64,000 nt of DNA from a virus, in the IMG/VR virus record IMGVR_UViG_3300016657_000126, positions 120,885 through 184,884 of that record, one strand, 5' to 3'. Numbering within the stretch: position 1 is the first letter of the stretch; every line of letters begins with the position of its first letter. The notes beneath the pieces are model-generated. The model saw only the letters and a list, made by a program, of their open reading frames with translations. It searched no databases and was not told where the DNA came from. A program made the translations under genes and the position numbers. Shown here piece after piece: positions 1 to 8,700 of the stretch.

Positions 1-445
1 CCATGAATGCATCGTTTCCGAGGCGCTCCGGAGAGACGTAGAGCATCTGTAGCTGCCCAGACATCCACTGGCGCATCGTGAACTCGTTCTCGCCGGCGGT
101 GCGGTTACCATTAACGGTTCCGGCCGCCACTCCCATCAACGTGAGCTTATTCACCTGGTCCTTCATCAGCGCCAGCAGCGGGCTGAACACCACGGTCTTC
201 CAGTTGAGGGCGAGCGTTGGAATGATGAAGCAGGCTGATTTTCCGCCTGACGTATTGATGACACAGAGCAGGTCCTGCCCGCCGAGGATCGTCGCAATCG
301 CGCTGTCCTGACCTGAACGAAGAGCTGAGAATCCAAGGTCGCGAATAACGCGCGGAAGGGCGCGCATGCCGGCGGAAAGCCACTCGACGTTGACGACGTT
401 GTTTCTGATCGCGTAGCGATCGTGACCTACCTGGGCGGTTGACAT
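1..445 (-). CDS. recQ: RecQ-family ATP-dependent DNA helicase, N-terminal part (runs off window start)
   Basis: Not in the ORF track; translated by hand from ATG at 445. Shows LGFSALRSGQ (motif 0), VINTSGGKSACF (motif I), VVFSPLLALMKDQV (Ia) and LYVSPERL. Confidence 0.9.
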   Translation of the reverse strand, partial: MSTAQVGHDRYAIRNNVVNVEWLSAGMRALPRVIRDLGFSALRSGQDSAIATILGGQDLLCVINTSGGKSACFIIPTLALNWKTVVFSPLLALMKDQVNKLTLMGVAAGTVNGNRTAGENEFTMRQWMSGQLQMLYVSPERLGNDAFM

Positions 446-945
446 TTGAGATCGAGAAATTTTTGAACGACTCCAGCGTAAGACATGAGCGTCCTGACTT
501 CGTTTTCTAGGCGAAGGGAGGCGACGTGGTTGCAGTAATTTGTGGTTCCGTCGAAGAGCAGTTCCAACGCTTGCGGCGTGACCGCGAGACGTCGGGTAAC
601 ATCCCACGGCGTGGTCGCGCATAGGTCATCGATCACGCTCCGAATAGCCGTGCGCCAGAAATCGCCATAACCACGGCGAGCGAGTGACAGGCGAAGAGGC
701 GCAGCCAGCGGCTCCGGGTGGATGGTCCACACGCGCGAGTTCACCGCATCAGGAAACAGTTCGACCCACTTATCGACGGCCGCAAACAGCTCGCCAAGAT
801 TCAGGCACGGCACGGTCAGGTCCCGGATGAACCAGGGCTCGGTGCCGCCCGTGAAGTGCCCGACCATGAAAGTGCCGTCGCACTGATCAAGCCGGTGCGG
901 AACCGATCCATCGGGGCGCACCCAGAGAAGCAACGCGTTACCCAT
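427..945 (-). CDS. hypothetical protein
   Basis: ORF 427..1098. Likely start is ATG 945 (MGNALLLW), coupled to the upstream stop; tight packing. Confidence 0.6.
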   Translation of the reverse strand: MGNALLLWVRPDGSVPHRLDQCDGTFMVGHFTGGTEPWFIRDLTVPCLNLGELFAAVDKWVELFPDAVNSRVWTIHPEPLAAPLRLSLARRGYGDFWRTAIRSVIDDLCATTPWDVTRRLAVTPQALELLFDGTTNYCNHVASLRLENEVRTLMSYAGVVQKFLDLKCQPPR

Positions 946-1339
946 TGATGGAAACCAGCGCGTGCTTGAGCGCTTGAAACACAAAAACCTGCGGCTTGAT
1001 TGCCTCGTGCGCAGCCAGCTCAGCGACCTGCGCAAGAGGGACCACCGCGAGGAAGTTGCTCGGTAGCACCGGTTCGATGAATTGGACCTCGAACACATCC
1101 AACGCGCGCACTGGGCGGTCGAAGGCCACGCTGCTGGAGAACCGCGAGACGCTCATGAAGAAAGGAATGATGAGCGCCGGCGTGGTAAATTCCTTCAGCG
1201 GAAAAACGTCCCGCATCAGATGATAGTCTTCGGACAACGGACGAATGTCTCCGAGCCTGGCGAGCGCGCGCGTAGGCGCGTGGACGCGCATTCGCACGCG
1301 CACCAAAGCTCTGTCAGTCTTGTTCTTTTGGTCAGGCAA
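938..1339 (-). CDS. hypothetical protein
   Basis: 133 aa ORF overlapping both neighbours by a few bases. Confidence 0.6.
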   Translation of the reverse strand: MPDQKNKTDRALVRVRMRVHAPTRALARLGDIRPLSEDYHLMRDVFPLKEFTTPALIIPFFMSVSRFSSSVAFDRPVRALDVFEVQFIEPVLPSNFLAVVPLAQVAELAAHEAIKPQVFVFQALKHALVSING

Positions 1340-1763
1340 CGATGGAAGTAAGTTTAACGGCTACAAATACACGGCTCTCGAATCCAGCCATCATCAAAGC
1401 GCACTCGCGCTGAGAAGCCGAAATGTTCCGGCAAAACGAGCCGGCATCGTCCGTGTCTACGAACTCGCGAACCACGAAAGCTCCGTCGGCGCCGGGTATG
1501 GCGGCGTCGAAGAATATCATCGGAGTTCCGATCTCCATCTCCTCGGCAAAGAACCGAATGGCTTTTTGCTCGCTGCGTTTCGCTAGCGCGAACGCGGGGA
1601 TGACGTAGACCTTGTCGAGAATTACCCGGCAGTTGCTGGGTTCGAAGCCTAGCTTCCAACGTGCCTGGCTGAGGATCTCCGTCACCGAGTCGGAACGCGG
1701 GACGCGGAACGCCGAAGCCAGAGATATGGCCGCGGCGGTTTCGGATAATTTGGGACGCTTCAT
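1332..1763 (-). CDS. hypothetical protein
   Basis: 143 aa ORF with ATGA overlap on the recA stop. Confidence 0.6.
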   Translation of the reverse strand: MKRPKLSETAAAISLASAFRVPRSDSVTEILSQARWKLGFEPSNCRVILDKVYVIPAFALAKRSEQKAIRFFAEEMEIGTPMIFFDAAIPGADGAFVVREFVDTDDAGSFCRNISASQRECALMMAGFESRVFVAVKLTSIVA

Positions 1764-3229
1764 TCGAGAGCGCTGGGGTCTGCGGCGGCGACGAGCGCCG
1801 GCTGAATTCGTAGTCCGGCGGTCTGTACCGCCTCCGCCTTCTTGATGTCTTCTGGAAAATACTCCGCGTAACCTTCGATACGCAGAAACTTTCCAGTCGA
1901 TATGACCGCTTCGCGATTGTTATGAAATGCAACGGCTATGTCGTGCGCGGATCCGCTGAACACGCCGAGCTCCTTCGAAGTGTAGCGCCGATTTTCCACA
2001 ACAAGACCGAGCAGTTTGTTGTCGAGCAGCAGATCGCAGAGAGCGAAGTCGAAGTCCATGGCGCTCTCTTGAAAGACGTCGGTGTCTCCGGTCATCTCGC
2101 TGCGCAGCACGGCTTGGATACGGCGACCTTCCGGGCCAAAGGACTGCTTGGCGGCCCGCATGATGATCTTATTTCCGATGACCGTCTCACCCACCTTGTA
2201 TTGGCCGGCGCGCACCATCGTGAGCTGCCAAGCTGCGAGTTGATTGAACGCGCGCCCTCCGCGGGTGGTTTTGTTGTAGAGCGCGGACGATTCGGCGTCC
2301 ATCGGTTTGCCGCGCCCGGACATGTCGATCTTCTCCGTCTGATGATTGCAGCAGATCAAAATGACATTGTTAGTGGACAGGAACGCCGGCAGGCGGCGCG
2401 CAAAGGCGTGCGCCCACTTGGCGTGCAGCAAATTCGACCCCTCGCCCGTAGCGGTGTAGTCTTCCTTTGCCAGCGATTCGGCGCTCTTGCCGTAGCCGTA
2501 GAAGCCTTCGGCCTCGGCATCCGACATCAGGCGACTCCAGACGTCGCACACGATGACGATGGGCGTGTCGATGGGAACGCAGATACCTGTCTTGTCCTTC
2601 TTGTTGTTCAGGCGTCCGCGGTAGGCGTCGACAGCATCGATCATGACCTGCTCGAATTCACGCAGAGAGAAGGCCTGCGTCCAGAGAACTTGGTCGGCCA
2701 GTTTCTCGCTGACTTCGCGATTGTTGGAGAGACAGCGCCGCGCGCGCTCGACCGGCATGGGCTTGTTTTCGGTCTCGATGTAGACTCCGGGGCAGCCTTG
2801 GCGCATCGCAGCGCCCATGATCTCGAAGCACGTGGTCGTCTTGCCCGTGGCCTCCTGCGCCGTGAGCGTGCCCATGGTGGCTTTCGGCATGCCGATCGTG
2901 CCGTAGAGATACTGCAGGGCGAAGTGGTGAAACGGCAGGAACGACGTGCGCACTTCACTGAGTGTTCGGAAATTGCTCGGGCGATTTTTCCGACGCTCGC
3001 CCAGGGCGCGAAGCACGCGAACCGCCGCGCCGGCACCATCCGCTTTTTCCTTGTCGGCTATCTGAAACGAGAACTGCGGGTCGAAGATGGGCGTCAACCC
3101 GGTGGCCTTGATGAGCGTCTCGATAGGCTGAAGGGCGGGATCGTTTGGCATCCCGGCGACCGGCGCCTCCGCGGTCGCAGCCGACTTCGTCGAGGTCTTT
3201 TTTGTGGGGGACTTTTTGGCTTTGGCCAT
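1760..3229 (-). CDS. recA: RecA/UvsX-like recombinase
   Basis: Walker A variant AQEATGKTT, YIETE, Walker B IVIVCD, ILICCNHQ, and TTRGGRAF (the RecA TTGGxAL equivalent). Confidence 0.85.
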   Translation of the reverse strand: MAKAKKSPTKKTSTKSAATAEAPVAGMPNDPALQPIETLIKATGLTPIFDPQFSFQIADKEKADGAGAAVRVLRALGERRKNRPSNFRTLSEVRTSFLPFHHFALQYLYGTIGMPKATMGTLTAQEATGKTTTCFEIMGAAMRQGCPGVYIETENKPMPVERARRCLSNNREVSEKLADQVLWTQAFSLREFEQVMIDAVDAYRGRLNNKKDKTGICVPIDTPIVIVCDVWSRLMSDAEAEGFYGYGKSAESLAKEDYTATGEGSNLLHAKWAHAFARRLPAFLSTNNVILICCNHQTEKIDMSGRGKPMDAESSALYNKTTRGGRAFNQLAAWQLTMVRAGQYKVGETVIGNKIIMRAAKQSFGPEGRRIQAVLRSEMTGDTDVFQESAMDFDFALCDLLLDNKLLGLVVENRRYTSKELGVFSGSAHDIAVAFHNNREAVISTGKFLRIEGYAEYFPEDIKKAEAVQTAGLRIQPALVAAADPSALE

Positions 3230-3240
3230 AGTGAAAGAAG

Positions 3241-3266
3241 AAGGGGTGAGGTTACCCTCACCCCTT
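3241..3266 (-). terminator. intrinsic terminator-like hairpin between SSB-like gene and recA
   Basis: 11-bp inverted repeat AAGGGGTGAGG/CCTCACCCCTT followed on - by CTTCTTT. Confidence 0.6.
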
Positions 3267-3309
3267 GAGTGTGTCCAACGATTACGTCCTACTCAAACGC
3301 GCTGATTTA

Positions 3310-5445
3310 TCAGCGATTTCCCGCGCGCTTGAGCAATTCGCCCATGCGGTGGATCTGGTTGGTATCCAGAGACTGGCCAGTCTTCGCGGCCTGGTCATTG
3401 AACGCGAGCAGCTGCTGGAGTTCGCTGTTCTCCTCGGGGCTCAACGGAGCGCCAGTCGCGCCGGGAGCGATGGTGGCGTTCTGCTGGATGGGCGGCTGCT
3501 GTTGGGGCGCCTGCTGCACAGCGGGCTGGATGGTCTGCTGCTGGGCGCCCTGAGCTACCGCGGCGTAGCCGGGCATCGCGGTGATGGCGCTCCACGGGAG
3601 GCTGTTGTCGCTGGGGGCGAACACCGCCGCGGGGTTAGTGCGCGCGAAGTTAACCGCATCGGCGATGGTCATGGGCGTTTGCATGACCGCCCCGTTGACC
3701 GCGGCGTAGATCATCACCGCGGGCGGCTGCTGCACGGGCGGCTGCTGCACGGGCGGCTGCTGCACGGGCGGCTGGTAGGCCTGCTGGACCGGCGCCTGTT
3801 GGATGGGGGCCTGCTGCGCGGGGGCGCCGAAGCCAGCGGGAGCGCCGCCACCGAAGCCCGCGGGAGCTCCGCCACCGAAACCGGCAGGAGCACCGGCAGG
3901 AGCACCGAAGCCAGCGGGAGCACCGGCAGGAGCACCGCCGAAGCCGCCAGCGGGAGCGCCGCCACCGAAGCCCGCGGGAGCACCGGCAGGAGCACCGAAG
4001 CCAGCGGGAGCACCGGCAGGAGCACCGCCGAAGCCAGCAGGCGCGCCAGCGGGAGCGCCGCCGAAGCCGCCCGCGGGAGCTCCGCCACCGAAACCGGCAG
4101 GGGCACCGCCGCCGAAGCCAGCGGGAGCACCGGCAGGAGCACCGAAGCCAGCGGGAGCACCGCCACCGAAGCCCGCGGGAGCTCCGCCACCGAAACCGGC
4201 AGGGGCACCGCCGCCGAAGCCAGCAGGCGCGCCAGCGGGAGCGCCGCCGAAGCCGCCAGCGGGAGCGCCGCCACCGAAGCCCGCGGGAGCTCCGCCACCG
4301 AAGCCAGCGGGAGCGCCGGTGGGGGCACCACCGAAGCCGCCAGCGGGCGCACCGCCGAAGCCACCGACAGGAGCGGCGCCCGCGGGGGCACCAAAACCGG
4401 CGGGAGTGTTGCCAAAGCCGCCCGCGGCAGCGCCGACAGCGGCACCAGGAATAGCGCCAGGCGCGCCGGTCATGCCGGTGCCTCCGCGCACATTGGCGCG
4501 GTGGCCGCAGGCGATGTGGATCAGCTCAAGCGGAAAGGCGCCGTCGCCGACCAACATGTCGACGATTTCCTGATACGACGGGATGCGCCAGATATCGAGC
4601 GAGCCGAGGTCGTAGCGATTGGCAAGCGCCTCCGGACCGACGGGAAACACGCGCTCGGTGCCGAGACAATTCTCGCGCTCGGTGAAGTGGAAGCCGAGGT
4701 AGGGAAATCCTCCGCTGTTGGGCGCGGGCGGAACGATTTTGATGCAGGTGAGCAAGCCGGTGTTCGGGTGCGTCACGTCGCCGAGCAGGAACTGTTGGAA
4801 GTTCGGGTCGCGCGGCTGCTGACCGTAGGAGGTGGGCCAGCTGAGCGTCTCCTTCAGCGCACCGAGCGACTGCGCCGAAGTCACCAACAGACCCTGCGTG
4901 AGTTGACCCTTGATTTGGGCGACTGCGTTCATCGCCGCCTTGACCTTGGGACGGCCGGGAAGCGGAACGATCTCCTTACCCGGACGGCGGGGATCCGCCT
5001 GCTTTTTGGTGAGACCGGCGAAGCGCGCATCGAGGCGAGCGGTGCGGGCGAGGTCCATGACCGGGCAAGGAGCCTGATCGGCGGTGATGCCGGCGAGGGT
5101 GAGCTGCTTGGGCGAGGTGAAGCTCATGCCGGAACGGCCGAGCCACTGATAGACGTAGCCGAGCACGAACCAGGAGGTAAAGGCCGGCGTGCCACCTTTG
5201 ACCTCGTTGTCCACGCGCCCGCTGTGCATGTCGCGGTAGGGGGCGAACGAGGTTTTGCGCGCCGCGTCGTGCGGGCTCATGTTGTCGTCCAGCGCCGGAA
5301 GGATGCGCGCCCACATGGGCTCCTTCTCGGTGGGGAAGATGGCGCGAACACCATCCTTGAAATACCGACCGGACGAATCGAATTCGTCGTCGACGACAGC
5401 AGCGGAACCAGCGGCAATGCGGTTGTTATTGGGAGCAGTAGACAT
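3310..5445 (-). CDS. putative ssDNA-binding/recombination protein with FG/G-A-P repeat tail, Q-rich segments and GYF_2-like module
   Basis: Globular N-terminal ~320 aa (WARILPA, CPV, as in gp32-like SSBs), located between pol and recA. About 22 GFG repeats follow. SSB role is inferred. Confidence 0.55.
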   Translation of the reverse strand: MSTAPNNNRIAAGSAAVVDDEFDSSGRYFKDGVRAIFPTEKEPMWARILPALDDNMSPHDAARKTSFAPYRDMHSGRVDNEVKGGTPAFTSWFVLGYVYQWLGRSGMSFTSPKQLTLAGITADQAPCPVMDLARTARLDARFAGLTKKQADPRRPGKEIVPLPGRPKVKAAMNAVAQIKGQLTQGLLVTSAQSLGALKETLSWPTSYGQQPRDPNFQQFLLGDVTHPNTGLLTCIKIVPPAPNSGGFPYLGFHFTERENCLGTERVFPVGPEALANRYDLGSLDIWRIPSYQEIVDMLVGDGAFPLELIHIACGHRANVRGGTGMTGAPGAIPGAAVGAAAGGFGNTPAGFGAPAGAAPVGGFGGAPAGGFGGAPTGAPAGFGGGAPAGFGGGAPAGGFGGAPAGAPAGFGGGAPAGFGGGAPAGFGGGAPAGFGAPAGAPAGFGGGAPAGFGGGAPAGGFGGAPAGAPAGFGGAPAGAPAGFGAPAGAPAGFGGGAPAGGFGGAPAGAPAGFGAPAGAPAGFGGGAPAGFGGGAPAGFGAPAQQAPIQQAPVQQAYQPPVQQPPVQQPPVQQPPAVMIYAAVNGAVMQTPMTIADAVNFARTNPAAVFAPSDNSLPWSAITAMPGYAAVAQGAQQQTIQPAVQQAPQQQPPIQQNATIAPGATGAPLSPEENSELQQLLAFNDQAAKTGQSLDTNQIHRMGELLKRAGNR
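3822..4425. repeat. coding tandem repeats (GFGG(G)APA / GAPA)
   Basis: Recurrent units such as ccgaagccagcgggagc and caccggcaggag, all multiples of 3 nt. Confidence 0.9.
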
Positions 5446-5462
5446 GATGAGAAATTAAGATT

Positions 5463-5687
5463 TTAAGTGGGATTCTGACTTTTGCGTTCGGACAAAACCT
5501 GGCGCGCTTTTGTTAGGTTGGCGCGACCGGCCGTGATTTTTGCCTGCGAGCGAGAACGCCCGCCTTTGGCTCCGCTGAGACTCAGGAAATTGCGAGTTTC
5601 TTGGGACAGCTTTGGACCTGCCGACTTTTTCCCTGAACGAGAACGGTCGGCGGCGCTCTCGCGTTTACGGGTTTGAAGTTTAGCCAC
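5463..5687 (-). CDS. small basic, probably DNA-binding protein
   Basis: 74 aa, K/R-rich, motif SGAKGGRSRSQAKITAGRAN; GTG start. Confidence 0.55.
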   Translation of the reverse strand: MAKLQTRKRESAADRSRSGKKSAGPKLSQETRNFLSLSGAKGGRSRSQAKITAGRANLTKARQVLSERKSQNPT

Positions 5688-5700
5688 GCTGACGAGTTCA

Positions 5701-5731
5701 ACAAGCCGCTTGTTATAGTCAAGCGGCTTGT
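5701..5731. promoter_or_regulatory. perfect 12-bp inverted repeat overlapping the polymerase stop, containing TTGACT on -
   Basis: ACAAGCCGCTTG-ttatagt-CAAGCGGCTTGT. Confidence 0.5.
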
Positions 5732-8700
5732 CGGAATTCTTCCTTCAACCAGACCGGATCGTTCGCCCAAGTCGGGTCGTCGAGCAGCTTGAGCTGGTCC
5801 TTCGATGGGCGCGACGACCAGGCGAGATTGAACTCGCCGGACGCCGGATAGAACCAGACGCGCCCATGGTCGAACCACGTGTTCTTCTCCGTCATGTAGA
5901 TCTCGTGCAGCCTAGAGACAAGGAAGCGCTCCTCCACCGGGCAGATGGACACACACGAGTCGTAGAGGATGGTCATCAGCCTGGCGTGCATACCGCGCCG
6001 ACGATACTCGTCCACGAGGTTGATGCCGGCGCGCGCTGAAGTCGCAGCTACGGACTCTTGGCACGGGAAGTTGCGCGCCACGCGTCCCATCGCCGACAGC
6101 TGGGCGCGGCGATCGCGCCCGCTGATGGAACCACCGAGCATACCGTAACCGGCGAAGTGGCGCCGGCGACCAGACTGCGCGACGAGGAAACCCGGATGCT
6201 CAGGCGCGCGCTGCAGATCCTCTTCCAGCCATCGAGTAGCCACCGGCTCGCGCTTTGCGATCGCGCCGAGGATCTTCGAGCCGGTGCCCTCCGGCGGCTT
6301 GAATCCGGCGTCGGACTCGATCTTGCGCTCAAGGGTGGAGTCTACCGCGCCATAGGCGGTGTTGGAGACCAGCACGCCGTTCGCGGTGAAGCGATGCCGC
6401 GGACCGGCGTTCACCAGATCGTAGACCGGCTCCAACGTGAGCTCGAACCCACGGGCACGGAGCTCCGCGATCAGGACATCGCGGGGACGACCTCGGTAGC
6501 CGTTGACGCCGAGTATCGCCGCAGGATTTCCTCCAGCGGCGTTCCCTTGTCGAACAACGCCCTTGCATGCGACGCCGAGCACTGGATTTCCGGGTGGGTG
6601 GCCATGAACTCGCGAACTATTTTGGAGACGTTCGGGCGCGATGCCTTGGTCCTCGCGATTTCGGCGATTTCCGCCGCAGTCTTTCCCTGCTTCAGGAGCT
6701 TGACCAGATAGTTGAACGAGAGAGCCGAGTGCGCAGCGTGCAGACGCCTGGCCTCCGCGTAAGTGTTCTCGGCTTCCGGATTCGCCGACGACTTCTTCCA
6801 CTGAGCCAGGATTTGAGCTTCGGTCCAGCCCCTCCAGACAAGCTTGCGCACCTGAGCCCGAGCGAACCCCACCTCCGGATGCGCCGCCAAGAATGCGTCC
6901 GCCTTCGCGAAATCCGAATTCGCCCGTAGCTGCTCCTTGGTGCGATACTCCCCGGCATTCCACTTCTCCACCAGCTGCTCCTCCGTCAGACCGGAGAAGA
7001 GCAGATTGCGGACTGTCCTGAACGCCAGCTTCACCTCCGGATGCGCCGCAACGAACGCTCGCGTCTTCGCTCCAAATGATCGGATCGAAAGACGCGTGTT
7101 CTCGAGATTGGTCCGACGGTCCACCAGGCGAAGATTGTCCGGCGAGTAAGGGCCGTCGTTGTCGATCCGATCGAAATCCTTCCCCTTGAAGGTCTCGCCC
7201 GGCCACTTGCTGAGCGCCCACGAGATGAAGTGCTCCTTGTCCTGAAACAGCACCTGGATTCCCCGCCCCTTGTAGTTGTAGGAGCTGGCGTGCGTCCACG
7301 TGTTGCAACGCTGCTTCATGGACTGAAACCGCGTGCGAAGCCGATAGCGAATTTCGTCCTTCTTCGGCGCCTGACACGCACAACGAATGCCTTTGCCAGA
7401 TTCCAGATGGTGTAGCCATTTCTGACGCACCACCTCGCAGCGCGGGCAAAATGTCTGCACCGCCAGATTGCCTTTGCTGTTTCGAAACAGCGCCGGCCTC
7501 AGTTGCAAACCCTGCAAGCCGAGCTTGGCCAGCCTCGCTGCCAGTTCGGGCGAGATCGAGACCTGCCAAAGCAGCTTCTCCGAAGAAGACCTCTCTTCCG
7601 TCCATAAGCCAGACACCGTGGTCGACGGTGGCACGGAGTCCTTGGTATTCGATGATGTGCTGTTCACCTTTGCAGATAAGCCCTTCGTGGCGGACCCAGT
7701 CAACTCCGTCCCACAAAAGATCGAAATCTTTAGATACTTCCTTGATTTTCTTTACACCATTGTTTGTTAATACTCCCACATCAGCCGGCAAGCAACTGAA
7801 GTTTCCCACCTTTCCAATGCCGTCGCGGTCCTTCTTCTTGTTGAGATACTCGCGGGGCTTTTCCTGCACCCATTCCGCCAGCGACCAGTGAAGGTCGTGC
7901 TTGGGGTGGCGCAGCTTTCCGTCTTTGCGCAAGAGCTCGTGTTCCTCGACTTTGCGGATCACCTTGCCCTCCTTCATGAGGTGCATGATGGCCTGCGGGT
8001 TTCGATTACCCTCGGGGATGCCGCAGTCAGCGTCGTAACGCAGGCGAACCGGCATCGTCTCCGTCCCTTCCTTAACGAGACCAAACTGAGTGTCCGGCTC
8101 GGTCATGAGCCGGATCAGATTCTCGTCGCCGCTCATGAACGCCTTACCGCGGATCTCGGCCGTGTCATAGTCATACTCGACGATGCACCAGCCCTTCGAT
8201 CCGGGCACTGGAGGAAGGCTGCTGATGTCGACGCACCCGCGGATGGACGGGATGTTCTTACCCACCTTCTCCACGCGGTCGTCGAGTTTCGGATACTGCA
8301 TCGCGCCGACCAGATATTTCTCGAACTTCTCGGGCAGACGGTTGGCTTCCTTCAGTTCGAGCAGCAGCTTTCCGACGCCCTCCGATATGCGCTTGTTGAC
8401 GTAGCTCGGCCAGTTAAGCGTATTCGGTTTCCAGCTACGAGGACGCCCGGTGTCGGTCGTGCTATACTGACAGTGCACGCGTTGATCGCTGCACAGCCAG
8501 AAGTGAAGACCGTTCTCCTTGGTCACCTCGCCTGTCTCTTCGTCGATTTCGGGCTCCTTCAGGAACGCCTTGCTCAGGTTACCGACGGCATTGAGGTTCA
8601 GCAGCTCTCCGATCGTCTCGTGCTTGTCCGCGAGAATCTGCAGCGTCTGCTTGTCGGTGGACGGCGTGAACTCCTTCTGCCTAGCCGGGGTCATGGCCAT

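Noticed and set aside
3822-4425. Tandem DNA repeats as a possible CRISPR or guide array for the RAMP protein
   Set aside because: In-frame coding repeats with synonymous variation and no unique spacers.
3265-5466. 733-aa + strand ORF and similar long antisense ORFs (1922-3268, 7888-9519, 20254-21579, 49295-50908, 60975-61988)
   Set aside because: Shadows of strongly codon-biased high-GC genes on the opposite strand; no recognisable motifs.
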